A stretch of DNA of 64,000 bases from a virus. Positions 1-9,905 of this stretch are shown piece after piece. Location: IMG/VR virus record IMGVR_UViG_3300036670_000250, positions 5,898 through 69,897 of that record. One strand, written 5' to 3'. The notes beneath the pieces are model-generated. The model was not told the DNA's origin and searched no databases. It was given only the letters and a program-made list of their open reading frames with translations. The translations under genes and the position numbers were made by a program. Within the stretch, counting starts at the first letter, position 1. Each line of letters opens with the position of its first letter.

Positions 1-1
1 T

Positions 2-397
2 ATTTTCATCTATTTCATTAAAAGTGTCCATAAGTTGCCTTATAGTTTCGGTAAATTTAGTTATGGCACTTTTAGGAATTAACATAAACGTTAATAACCC
101 AAATGAAAGAGAAGCAGCACCACCACCTAACAATTTTATTGCTTCAGCACCTTGTTTAAGTTTGTCTGTATTTCCACCATCGCTGCCACCCATTATACTG
201 TTACCAGTGTTACCTGCTATCGTTCTTAATAACGTAGTTTGTATTTGCAGTTCTTTAAAAAGTTCTTGATTTAATGATGCACCAGCACCACCAATTACAG
301 CAGAAATAACATCATCAAGTTTTTTTGTATTATTTTCAGTAGCTGCTGCAATTTTTGCAAGAGGGTCCATTAAATCTTTGAGTGTTATAACTGCCAT
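2..397 (-). CDS. Probable tape measure protein, N-terminal part (runs off the window)
   Basis: Not in the ORF track. ATG at 397 opens a frame to the window edge (MAVITLKDLMDPLAKIAAATENNTKKLDD...) that is Ala/Gly-rich and helical. It follows the tube and chaperone genes and has GATATATAA upstream. Confidence 0.55.
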   Translation of the reverse strand, partial: MAVITLKDLMDPLAKIAAATENNTKKLDDVISAVIGGAGASLNQELFKELQIQTTLLRTIAGNTGNSIMGGSDGGNTDKLKQGAEAIKLLGGGAASLSFGLLTFMLIPKSAITKFTETIRQLMDTFNEIDEN

Positions 398-416
398 AGT
401 TTTATATATCTATAAA

Positions 417-686
417 TTAAAATTTAGGCATATTAAATTTAGGCATAGAAGGTGCTTTATAAGATGACATATTCTTTTGTATGTTGTTTACATTGTATTT
501 GTCCTCAATGTCTGTGTTTTGCTTTGAATCTTTATCATTACGTTCTTTGACAATATCATTATAGATTTCAAGAGTATACTCATACTCATAATAAGGAAGC
601 ATGTCCAACTCTGATGGTTGAACATGCAATTTTTCCATTAATAGTACTCTAATCTTATAATAACTCAGAAGAGATATCTTGAACAA
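417..686 (-). CDS. Small tail/baseplate assembly protein (gp51-like, or GT part of a tail chaperone)
   Basis: LHVQPSELDMLPYYEYE resembles the gp51/GT-type motif. Overlaps the upstream gene by 32 nt. Confidence 0.5.
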   Translation of the reverse strand: MFKISLLSYYKIRVLLMEKLHVQPSELDMLPYYEYEYTLEIYNDIVKERNDKDSKQNTDIEDKYNVNNIQKNMSSYKAPSMPKFNMPKF

Positions 687-1644
687 TGAACAGAGACTTG
701 ATTCCTCCGGGAAAGGAAAGCGGGACTGCTACCTCCCCGCCACATGATTGACACGGATATACAAACTCCGGTTTAATACCAATCTTCATTTTTTCAATTA
801 GTCTATAAATTAAAGAATACTTTCCGGTATCCCAGCCCTGAAATGCAGTCATTGCAGAAAATATTTCTTTATCATTAAAACCTCGCCATTCTCTTTGAAT
901 ATATGGTAATATTGCTAATGAAGATTTATCCCATGATTTATTGTCTTCTTCGCGTTTTCTTACATAATCAGTAATAGCTCGCATTACGCCAATAGTAGGA
1001 GGTGCTAATATAAGTTCCCCGTAATTTTTTGTGGTGATGCTATAGCATCGATTAGAATGATCATAATATTTATCAACTAATTCTTCAACATTATTGAATT
1101 GTAAAGTTTCAGTTCTCAACTCAACACTTTCTTGTGATTTACATGACGGTGTTGAACATTTATTTTTACCAACTGGCATCATTATTTTAGCTTCCCCGTT
1201 TTTAAAAGTAAGTTCTCGAATTGCTAGAATAATATAAATACGATCTTCTTCAAGTATATCTCTATATGAACCCTTTTGAGAACCGTACATAATTTTAATA
1301 CATGAAACTAAAATTGAATTTAGCTTATCGTCAACGTCTTTAAGATTTTCTTCATCAACTGTTGAAAAATCTCTAATTTCGTTTACACGGCTCGCTCTTA
1401 TATGAATTTGAAAATCTTCTCTATAAAATCGACCGCCTGATGGTAGGAGATTTAAGTTTAACGGAATATGACCAGCCAGGTCTTGTATTCTTCTAATTTC
1501 AGGATCGTCTGGTGATGTTATGCCACTTGACCTAGTCATATCAACTTTACCTAAATCTTTTATTGTGTTAACTGTTTCAGTATAATCTGTAACAGTTTCA
1601 GATTCTTCAAATTCTTTTTTAATGTCGTCTTCGTAATTACTCAT
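655..1644 (-). CDS. Baseplate hub/tail assembly chaperone (gp26-like)
   Basis: LPSGG motif, D-R-x-x-I-I-L-x-I-R helix and CxxC motifs. Lies between tube and tape measure. Confidence 0.6.
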   Translation of the reverse strand: MSNYEDDIKKEFEESETVTDYTETVNTIKDLGKVDMTRSSGITSPDDPEIRRIQDLAGHIPLNLNLLPSGGRFYREDFQIHIRASRVNEIRDFSTVDEENLKDVDDKLNSILVSCIKIMYGSQKGSYRDILEEDRIYIILAIRELTFKNGEAKIMMPVGKNKCSTPSCKSQESVELRTETLQFNNVEELVDKYYDHSNRCYSITTKNYGELILAPPTIGVMRAITDYVRKREEDNKSWDKSSLAILPYIQREWRGFNDKEIFSAMTAFQGWDTGKYSLIYRLIEKMKIGIKPEFVYPCQSCGGEVAVPLSFPGGIKSLFIVQDISSELL

Positions 1645-1645
1645 A

Positions 1646-2116
1646 TTATCTTTTTTTTGTTAATTGTTTTTCTGGTGAAATTTCATGAACTATATGTTCA
1701 ACTATAATACTTCTGATATATTTTGATATTGACATTGGTTTTACTTGAAGTTCCATAGACTTCTGTATTATAATAGAATTAAGATTATCTTCATCTTCTT
1801 GTGTCAGTAAAACTTGTAATTTTTTAGTTAATTTTTTTTTTTGCGGAATCATTTCTAATACACTTTCATTATATCCATAATTAGGATTGTCTGCTTTGTT
1901 TATCTTAATCCAATACTCAAATCTTTCCATTATTATACTTAATGATTCGTCAGATTGAAAATGCTCAAGTATTTCACGATTAAACGAAATAGCACCAAAG
2001 TCTTTTATTGCGCGTTTAATATATTTACCTGAACCTAAGTTATTTGGGTTGTTATTAATTGCATGACCTACATAAACTTTGTTGTTTATAGTATTTGTTA
2101 TTTTAAAAATAATCAT
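1646..2116 (-). CDS. Degenerate GIY-YIG domain fused to a ribbon-helix-helix-like C-terminus
   Basis: IIFKITNTINNKVYVG, GSG, FNREILE and GYN (Seg-like) motifs. C-terminal KKLQVLL...SISKYIRSII. Confidence 0.6.
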   Translation of the reverse strand: MIIFKITNTINNKVYVGHAINNNPNNLGSGKYIKRAIKDFGAISFNREILEHFQSDESLSIIMERFEYWIKINKADNPNYGYNESVLEMIPQKKKLTKKLQVLLTQEDEDNLNSIIIQKSMELQVKPMSISKYIRSIIVEHIVHEISPEKQLTKKR

Positions 2117-2158
2117 ATGTTTATATTATGTATTCTATATTATATATTAAAGCAGCGC

Positions 2159-2190
2159 AAAAAAAACTGGCATATACTATATGCCAGTTT
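2159..2190 (-). terminator. Intrinsic terminator after tail tube
   Basis: aaactggcatat/atatgccagttt inverted repeat followed by a U-tract on the minus strand. Confidence 0.75.
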
Positions 2191-2219
2191 CTATTATTAT
2201 ATTTTTTACTATTTAGTTA

Positions 2220-2774
2220 TTAACCACCAACGTTTTCTTCAACCCAATTATCACATCTATAAGTCATTGCTAATTCAGCAGCGTCCTGTGTTTCATAATT
2301 TAATTCATCTAAAAATACAGGTTGACCTGTTGGAAATACGTCTTTAAGAGTGATTTTTCTGAAAATATCACCTGCTCGATTATACTGAACAATTATCATA
2401 CTACCGACATAGTTTTTCTTTAATCCCATTTCTCCAGTTAGTGGATCATAAATTAACTTATACCAGTTTCTAAAAGTGTTATAAATATAGTTTTCGTTTG
2501 CTTCATTTAAGTTAAGAGTAAAATTAACCGTAATATCAGCAAATGTTGATGCCGGCATTCCTGCAAAAGAACGATCTGCAAATTTATATTTTTGACCAAT
2601 TGCATCTATTACTGGGTTAATATTATTTAAACCAGAAATTGTTTTAACATGCTCTAGAACTAACCCAGTATCATCACCATTCGGTGAAAATATAGTAACC
2701 TCAAACAAGTTAGGATAAATTGGTTCAAATTTTTGAGTGCTAGCCCTAGACTGTGTGTAATGTGGTAGTGCCAT
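2220..2774 (-). CDS. gp19: Tail tube protein (gp19-like)
   Basis: 184 aa, directly downstream of the sheath gene. Carries W-YKLIYDPLTG and FPT motifs. Confidence 0.85.
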   Translation of the reverse strand: MALPHYTQSRASTQKFEPIYPNLFEVTIFSPNGDDTGLVLEHVKTISGLNNINPVIDAIGQKYKFADRSFAGMPASTFADITVNFTLNLNEANENYIYNTFRNWYKLIYDPLTGEMGLKKNYVGSMIIVQYNRAGDIFRKITLKDVFPTGQPVFLDELNYETQDAAELAMTYRCDNWVEENVGG

Positions 2775-2805
2775 AATTTATTTTATTTTTATTTATTCTT
2801 TTTTA

Positions 2806-5800
2806 TTATTGAAAATTACCAGTGCTTATTGCACCAGTTTTAAGAATTGTAGTTCTTTGAACCAAAACTTCCATACCCCTAACTGGTTCTATGAAGGTAT
2901 CAAGAATTCCAATGTTATTATCAATAACATCAGGGGTGTTATTTGTCTCGTCCATAATGTTACGGTAGTCAAAGACACCATCATCATTTTGTACAGTTGC
3001 TAAAAAGTTATCAGCTAGAGTTTTAATTTCCAATCTTGTTTGTGGTGTATTAAATTCAAACAAATAGTTTTTCAAAATTGCATCAATTCCATCTTGTACA
3101 TAAATAACAACTTCTCTAACGTTAATTGAGCTTAATGCAGATTTAGGTGATTGTTGTCCAGTTTTATTTGCAAAAATTGTTGGACCTGTTCCACTTTGGA
3201 AAACTATTGGATTCAATCCAAATGGTTCTAATAAATCTCTGTCGTCAGAATCTAAATTAATTTCTAATCCTACTACACCAGTACCACCTACTACACCTCT
3301 ACGTACCCCTGCTACCAATGACCATGGTAACGCGTTTTCATACTTAGCAATAAAATTGTTAGATACGTAAGCGGCCGGTGGAACAATAATATTTTTTCCT
3401 AAATCCCTTACTGTTAAATATGGATAGAAAAACGCACCATAACTAGCACCTTGCGTTACTGACGGTAAAGAATATCTTACATTTGGATTTCTACTTAAAT
3501 CACCACCAGTTGAAATGAAATTAGAAGATAGCGCTCCTGTTATATCAGTAAACACTGGGTTTACGTTAGATTTAAAATCTCTTGCAGAAGGTGCATTTAT
3601 AATAGCAAATGCATTTTTTCTAGTCTGACACAACTGAGTATAAATTGATTTAGAACCTGCTTCTACGCCATTACCAAAAGTATCAACTAAATAACGGAAA
3701 TTAATAGTTTCTCTATCTGTTAAACTTTTAAATAAGTTAGTTCCACTTAGAGTATCATTAAGAATTTTATTTTGTCTATCATTTGTTCCATCTGGTATAT
3801 GCTTAGTTGCATTTAATTTAAAACCGTCAAGGGTAAAAATATTTAAGTTATCAACCCAAGTATCAATTGGGTAATATAATTCAACCTTTTTAATTGATTC
3901 TACTGTTGTTATAGCTATCTCTGATTGACATGTTACTAATATTGCGTTTGAACCAAGCGGTATTGTTGGAAATTGTGTGGTTGTTTGTCCACCCTGTACA
4001 ATATTAATCCTAGTAAGTCTTGACTGTGGTGTTTGTATAGAACCTTCAAAATTTAAAAGGTAATTACCTACAACAAGATCTGCTGCTTCTGCAGAAGAAC
4101 TTAAAACAAGCACTTGGTTAGATTTAAGAAGTGGTTCAGTTGTATAATCTGCTAAGATATCTATTGTTAAATTAATAGAACCCTTAAGAGTTTGTACACC
4201 TAATATATTTGCAGCGTAAGGTGCTGCATTTGAATTTAAAAATAAACCAGTACCATCAATATTAAATTCTGCCTTTAGAGTAGCATTTACAAATTGATCT
4301 TCTTGATATGCATTAATTCTAACTGCTGGTAAATAATAAGCAGGGTCAGATATCGCAATTTTAGATAACCCAGCAGTTGGTACTGCGGTATGAATAAAAC
4401 CATAGTCAATATTATTAAATATTAAATAAGAATTATACTCTTGTCCTCCAACTACATAAACTGCTTCATCACCATCTGTTAAAGTACCATTACCTACCTG
4501 TGTATATAAAGCACTACCGTAAGAACTAATTATTTGAGAATTTGTTATTGAAGATTCAAATTCTTGTACTGTGAAATTTAAATTTTCTTCATTTATGTAA
4601 ATAAACTCAGTTCCAGTCGTTGTTGGAAAATCACCAGCAACCACACCACCTACTGATGATGCCAATACAGTCACTGCATTACTTGTTACATTTACTGATA
4701 AAATCGGTATAAATTTGTCTATTAAAGAACCTTTAATAAATGATCCTAATGATGATGCAGTATTTGGTGACATGTTTGCAAAAGCATCATACACATCATC
4801 GCCAGCTGTACCAGTTATTGTAATCTGTATGTTACCGTCTGTTATTGTATTAACAATCACAGATTCAGTTGTTACCGTTGCTGTGTTGGTTAACTGCGGT
4901 AATCTTGCATATGAAATATCAGAAACAATTGGTGAATGATATGATAAAAAGTTAACATCATCCTGAATACCTGAAGTTTGTGAATATTCAATATTATGAC
5001 CAATTAAATCAATACCACCTGGTACGCCATCAATTAGAAAATCCCCGCTAAATAAATTTTCATTTACAGCGCAAAATAAACCAGTTGTTGTAGAGTCAAC
5101 GTTAATCACATTTTCAATAAAAAGATTTCTTCCGATAAGATCAACAAAATCTGGTATTAAACATGCAGTATAAGATGCTATTAAATTAACTTCAGTTTCG
5201 TTAAAGAATTCCTGTAATAATGTATCTGTTTTATCAGACTTAAATTTCTTTCTTTTAATTCCTAATGTAGAATCAAAATAAGTTTGGAATGTTGGATCAG
5301 CTGCGAATCTTTCATAAGGTTCAGCTGAAACAAAATCTCCACCAAAATTGCCTTCCAATATAAAAACATCTACCATGAAATCAGAGATTAAACTATTTCT
5401 ATTTAAAAAGCCTGGAACATTTGCAGAACCATACCATTCTTCAACAGTAATATTAAACGATGAAACGTTTGCGTTTGCTGACTTCTTAACAATAATAGAT
5501 ACTGGATTTTGTCCTAAATTAACAAAGTCTAATAAATCATTTGTTGAAGTAGAACTTAACGTTGATTTATTTGCTCCGACATTATCTAAAAATGAGTTTG
5601 TATCAGGGAAAAAGAATTTATCTGTATTGTAAAACTTTCTAAATTCAGCAGAAGCCCCTGCATTAGATTGTGATTCTGGTGTTGCAGATGTTCCTAATTT
5701 AATGTAGTCTACATTATCATCAGAGTCTAGTGCCAACAGATTAAGAGCTAAAATTGGCCCTCTTTCTAAAGCAGCTAAACAGCTCCTATGAAAATATGAA

Positions 5801-6015
5801 TTTTTTCTTTCAAGATTTCTATCGATATCTCCGAATACTTGTTTAAAGAAAGCAGTATCAGATACAAAAACAGGTGTATTGAATGGTCCTTTTTTAGAAA
5901 AACCGACAAGCATTCTTGTTTGATTTGCTGGTATTGAAACAACTTGACTTTTATCGAAAGTAAATCTGTATGTCCCTGCCGCTCTTAGTGAAGCAATTTG
6001 TGGATCTAGTGCCAT
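2806..6015 (-). CDS. gp18: Tail sheath protein (gp18-like) with a large central insertion
   Basis: N-terminal GFSKKGPFNTP. C-terminal VPPAAYV, AGVRRG, SALSSINVRE, FEFN and IEPVRG motifs. Confidence 0.93.
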   Translation of the reverse strand: MALDPQIASLRAAGTYRFTFDKSQVVSIPANQTRMLVGFSKKGPFNTPVFVSDTAFFKQVFGDIDRNLERKNSYFHRSCLAALERGPILALNLLALDSDDNVDYIKLGTSATPESQSNAGASAEFRKFYNTDKFFFPDTNSFLDNVGANKSTLSSTSTNDLLDFVNLGQNPVSIIVKKSANANVSSFNITVEEWYGSANVPGFLNRNSLISDFMVDVFILEGNFGGDFVSAEPYERFAADPTFQTYFDSTLGIKRKKFKSDKTDTLLQEFFNETEVNLIASYTACLIPDFVDLIGRNLFIENVINVDSTTTGLFCAVNENLFSGDFLIDGVPGGIDLIGHNIEYSQTSGIQDDVNFLSYHSPIVSDISYARLPQLTNTATVTTESVIVNTITDGNIQITITGTAGDDVYDAFANMSPNTASSLGSFIKGSLIDKFIPILSVNVTSNAVTVLASSVGGVVAGDFPTTTGTEFIYINEENLNFTVQEFESSITNSQIISSYGSALYTQVGNGTLTDGDEAVYVVGGQEYNSYLIFNNIDYGFIHTAVPTAGLSKIAISDPAYYLPAVRINAYQEDQFVNATLKAEFNIDGTGLFLNSNAAPYAANILGVQTLKGSINLTIDILADYTTEPLLKSNQVLVLSSSAEAADLVVGNYLLNFEGSIQTPQSRLTRINIVQGGQTTTQFPTIPLGSNAILVTCQSEIAITTVESIKKVELYYPIDTWVDNLNIFTLDGFKLNATKHIPDGTNDRQNKILNDTLSGTNLFKSLTDRETINFRYLVDTFGNGVEAGSKSIYTQLCQTRKNAFAIINAPSARDFKSNVNPVFTDITGALSSNFISTGGDLSRNPNVRYSLPSVTQGASYGAFFYPYLTVRDLGKNIIVPPAAYVSNNFIAKYENALPWSLVAGVRRGVVGGTGVVGLEINLDSDDRDLLEPFGLNPIVFQSGTGPTIFANKTGQQSPKSALSSINVREVVIYVQDGIDAILKNYLFEFNTPQTRLEIKTLADNFLATVQNDDGVFDYRNIMDETNNTPDVIDNNIGILDTFIEPVRGMEVLVQRTTILKTGAISTGNFQ

Positions 6016-6103
6016 TTTATATTATATTTTTTGTTTATTACTTTTTTTATATATCTACTATGCCAAGAGTTTCTATTTAATTATATTTAAACTAAACACA
6101 TTT

Positions 6104-7978
6104 TTATACTAAATCATATATATCGTAATTAAGTTTATCTCCTCTTGTGTCTTTATCTAAAATAAATTCTATTTTTTCTTGAATTATTATGTCAGTTTGA
6201 TCAAAAATATCTTCAGCAAAATCAGAAAAATCTAGAGTTTGGAAAAACTCTGAGCCATTTATGCTTGACATAATAAGGTCATCGGTACCAAGTTGGCCCG
6301 CATATGATCCATTTGGCAATTTACCAAAGGTTGATGCTTCGCGAATGGTTTCTTTATCTGTTATTACAATTTTATTTTGTGTAATATACTTTTTAAAATT
6401 TTGACAAAAAATAGGTTTGTTATCTTTTTTAATTTTAAGTCCAAATTGTTTTATTTTTGCATCAACCCTATGTTTAAATTTTACAATTAACTCTTCATCA
6501 AAATCATTTCGCTGTGGAAATATAGTTTGCAGCCTATTCACTAGCTCGCCTCCAAACATATTCCATTCAATTATAAGTTTTACGTTTTCCGGATTAAACA
6601 TATCAAATGCTGTAATGTAAACTGCCTTTGCAAATTCTTCTAAACTATGTTCGTTACTCCTAAATCTACCAACCTGTTTTAATCTAAAAAAATCAATAAA
6701 AGAACCTGGTGATACTATTTTTTTCCAAGTGTCTTCTTCCATCAATTCTACTTTAAATATATTTATGATAGAATTATCACCGCCATTTCCTTCTGCTATA
6801 TCTATAGAAAATAACCAATAGTTAGCATCGTCCTCAATTTCATCAAAATTAAAATCAGGGTGCCACTTAAAATCATCATAATTAATATCTTCATCATCAA
6901 ATTCTGGAAGTTCTTTGTTAATAAATTTAAGTTGATTGCTCTGAAGTTTTTTAAGACTGTCTGCGCCTAATAACAAAGATGACCCTGCTATAAATTGGTT
7001 TCCATATTGACGATTAAACGCTTCATCGGATCCTAAATTAGCAACTTCACGTTTCATCCAAACATCATCTCTACCCGGTACATCCCACCAATCAACTCTA
7101 AATGGAGTATATTCGTTACTTCCATTATCTGCAGCTGAATAAATGTCATAAAATTTATTAAAGCCATTAGGTGTACTTGTTATGATTACTTTAGAGTTTG
7201 TAGATGCTGACACTGTAGGATAAACATTTTCATAAAAAGTATCTACAAAGTTTTGAGGAATGTGAGCAAACTCATCCATAAATAATAAATGAATAGTAAA
7301 ACCAATAGCTGCTTTTTTAGTTGTGGTTTGCCCAATGATTCGACACCCATTATCAAATTTTGAATTAAATACATCCCACTTTAAAATCCCAGGTTTTAAA
7401 AAAAACGGTAAGTGTTCTAATATTGTTTTACCCTTATCAATAATTTCTCTAGTTGTTGCACCTTTATTTGAAAGTACTAACGAATTTTTGTCAAAATTAA
7501 ATAAAGAATAATGTGCTATAAAAATACTGCTGCAAATTGTATTATGAGAAAGAATACCATTAGACCAATACCTGTGATTATTGCTAGCTACAGTTACATC
7601 AAACATTGACACGGTAGAGTTATGTTTAATTATATTGGTAACCATAATAGGCCCATCTAGTGTAATTACATGATCTCCTAGATTAAGATTCTTTAAAAAC
7701 ACTTCTTCATACTCTCTATTAAAAAGTATATGATTATCAGCCCCTTCTAAATATAATCCATTAGACAATTCAATTCGATATACATCATACGGTTGTGTTA
7801 TATGAATATTTGAAATAGACTCCCAGCCAGTGTCAGTATCAATATAAGTATCAGTTAAATCTAGAGTAGATATGATTTTTTTGTTAATATCGTCTTGATC
7901 TAAGGTCATGTGCTTATATTCAATATGTTCTATAAATTGAATTAAAAAAAGTATTATTAGTTTTAGTATATTAATCAT
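6104..7978 (-). CDS. terL: Terminase large subunit, C-terminal part, with split-intein IntC (146 aa, 7541-7978)
   Basis: Intein blocks GADNHILF, MFDVTV and GILSHN|T, then Walker B LLFMDEFAH, ITSTPNG and nuclease motifs IDIAEG and DDLIMS. Confidence 0.93.
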   Translation of the reverse strand: MINILKLIILFLIQFIEHIEYKHMTLDQDDINKKIISTLDLTDTYIDTDTGWESISNIHITQPYDVYRIELSNGLYLEGADNHILFNREYEEVFLKNLNLGDHVITLDGPIMVTNIIKHNSTVSMFDVTVASNNHRYWSNGILSHNTICSSIFIAHYSLFNFDKNSLVLSNKGATTREIIDKGKTILEHLPFFLKPGILKWDVFNSKFDNGCRIIGQTTTKKAAIGFTIHLLFMDEFAHIPQNFVDTFYENVYPTVSASTNSKVIITSTPNGFNKFYDIYSAADNGSNEYTPFRVDWWDVPGRDDVWMKREVANLGSDEAFNRQYGNQFIAGSSLLLGADSLKKLQSNQLKFINKELPEFDDEDINYDDFKWHPDFNFDEIEDDANYWLFSIDIAEGNGGDNSIINIFKVELMEEDTWKKIVSPGSFIDFFRLKQVGRFRSNEHSLEEFAKAVYITAFDMFNPENVKLIIEWNMFGGELVNRLQTIFPQRNDFDEELIVKFKHRVDAKIKQFGLKIKKDNKPIFCQNFKKYITQNKIVITDKETIREASTFGKLPNGSYAGQLGTDDLIMSSINGSEFFQTLDFSDFAEDIFDQTDIIIQEKIEFILDKDTRGDKLNYDIYDLV

Positions 7979-7987
7979 GCATTAATT

Positions 7988-9067
7988 TTAGTTATTTAGA
8001 AAATGAATACATTTTTCTATAGTTTGTTTACGATTATCATTAAATTCTTTCTCCCATACAACAAGGACTTCGTAGTCATACTTTACAGGCAAAGTTATTT
8101 TTATGTTATCATATTCCCAAATTTCTTTTGCACTTAATCCTTTGTTTTTATGAAAGTACCCCGATTCATAACATAATGGGTTACAATGCCAATAATCACC
8201 ATTGAATTCAATGATCTTCTTTTCGTATGTAAAGTCATAACTATATGCTCTATCTTTTTCAACATCATGTATCCATTTTTCTTTCTTTGGAACTTCGATC
8301 TTTAAATGTTTACACAGTTCAGTTATAATAGAGCTTGCAAATTTACTTGATGGGCTTCTACTGTCGCCATAGTTCGCAAAGTTCTCCTGCAGTGATATCT
8401 TCCACTTAGTTTGTCTATCATTGAATTTTTCAGTGCCTTCAACTTCACCGTACTTCTTGATACATTTTTTTAAGGTGAATGTAGACTGTCTTTCTTTGAG
8501 CTTTATTTTAGCTTCTTCTTTAGAAAACCCTTTATTTAACCACCACTCAACCTGAGTAGATGTAATTCTTGCAGCCCAATCAATATTGTTTATAAAGTTG
8601 TCACGGTCTTCTTTTGATTTGTAATTTTTGAACTTTAGCGAAAATGGGCTACGTGAACTGCGTACTTCATCAGTTGTACATGATTTGTGATTTGGGTTTT
8701 TTGCACCCTTAATTGCATCACTAGCCATCTTACGGTATTTCGGTTTTTTCATGTGGTTTTCCTGTCCACATTTAGTCGTACTGTTTTTGTCTTTTTCACA
8801 ACATAGACATGAGTTTGGGAAATCTTTTAAATATTCTTTTGTAGTTCTCCCTGGGTGCATTGCCCTCATCCATGCACCATATAATCTTGGGGTCACATAA
8901 CCATTCCATTTATCAATAATATAATCTATACCTTCTTCACCTTCTCTGATTATTCTTTCTTGATTCTTATCAAACCATGCGTTCTTTTTGCACTCTGCAC
9001 TACAGAAGGATGATCTATTACTCGGGGCTTTATATTTTATTTTACAAACTGTACAATTCTTTTCCAT
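7988..9067 (-). CDS. Free-standing homing endonuclease (Vsr/PD-(D/E)xK-like) between the terL halves
   Basis: N-terminal CxxC...FCSxxC zinc finger, WWLNKGFSKEEA repeat, YDF..IIEFNGDYWH catalytic motif, C-terminal VLVVWE. Confidence 0.85.
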   Translation of the reverse strand: MEKNCTVCKIKYKAPSNRSSFCSAECKKNAWFDKNQERIIREGEEGIDYIIDKWNGYVTPRLYGAWMRAMHPGRTTKEYLKDFPNSCLCCEKDKNSTTKCGQENHMKKPKYRKMASDAIKGAKNPNHKSCTTDEVRSSRSPFSLKFKNYKSKEDRDNFINNIDWAARITSTQVEWWLNKGFSKEEAKIKLKERQSTFTLKKCIKKYGEVEGTEKFNDRQTKWKISLQENFANYGDSRSPSSKFASSIITELCKHLKIEVPKKEKWIHDVEKDRAYSYDFTYEKKIIEFNGDYWHCNPLCYESGYFHKNKGLSAKEIWEYDNIKITLPVKYDYEVLVVWEKEFNDNRKQTIEKCIHFLNN

Positions 9068-9093
9068 ATAACCTTTATTTTATATATCTAAGT

Positions 9094-9657
9094 TTAGTCT
9101 TGCTTTTTGTCAAATGAATCTAAAGTTTCGTAAACTCGCCACAAAAAAAATTTAGCTTTTTCTATAAGTGTAAGGTTTCTTTGTAATTTCAAAGTTTCAA
9201 AATATAGGCGGCCTAATGTAGTTTTAATACATATGTTGTCCCTATATACGATGATTTCAGTTGAATGAAAAAGACACTTACCAATTTGTCTGCTAGCTAA
9301 ACAAATATTAAATCTTTCTTTTTGAAATTGCCTTAGCATGTTTTCTTGGTATGGCCTTAACTTAATTGTCTTCAAACCAAAATCAGTCATAACTGTACAA
9401 TAGTTGTTTGCAAAATAAACAATATCAGTTGCACATTTTCTAATTTCCTTTATTTCATGTGTTGTGTAATTAAAAACTAGATTTCCTTTTTTTAAATTAG
9501 GATTACCCTCGTAAAATGGTGTTGTCTTTGGTTTATAGCCATCTTCTATAGCCAACAAAAGCTTTTCAGCTTTTTCGCTTGACCATGAAAATTGTTCTTC
9601 CGTTTTACTTATTTCTAATTCAAAACCGGAGCTTTCTGTTTTTTGTCTTTGTGCCAT
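9094..9657 (-). CDS. terL: Terminase large subunit, N-terminal part, with split-intein IntN (60 aa, Cys1 at 9276)
   Basis: LRPYQ adenine-binding motif and Walker A ASRQIGK directly followed by CLFHSTEI (intein block A). Confidence 0.92.
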   Translation of the reverse strand: MAQRQKTESSGFELEISKTEEQFSWSSEKAEKLLLAIEDGYKPKTTPFYEGNPNLKKGNLVFNYTTHEIKEIRKCATDIVYFANNYCTVMTDFGLKTIKLRPYQENMLRQFQKERFNICLASRQIGKCLFHSTEIIVYRDNICIKTTLGRLYFETLKLQRNLTLIEKAKFFLWRVYETLDSFDKKQD

Positions 9658-9905
9658 TATTGAATTGCTAGGATGTTTGATTCATGCAGTATTTCATAAT
9701 CTTCTCCATCTATAGAAAACAAAGTACCTGTACCTATATTTTTAATAACAATATCACCTTCCTTTATATCATGAGAAAGTGATTTAATTACAACTGCATT
9801 TCGATTGTATTTTTCGATAGTAAGTATAATTCCGCTATTGCTTTTCAGTTCTTCTTGCTTTATATCTTTAATAAGAATAAAGTTATTCTTCATCTTGATC
9901 TCCAT
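9657..9905 (-). CDS. groES: GroES-like co-chaperonin
   Basis: NFILIK...KSNSGIIL mobile loop, IKEGDIV, and C-terminal ILHESNILAI. Confidence 0.8.
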   Translation of the reverse strand: MEIKMKNNFILIKDIKQEELKSNSGIILTIEKYNRNAVVIKSLSHDIKEGDIVIKNIGTGTLFSIDGEDYEILHESNILAIQ

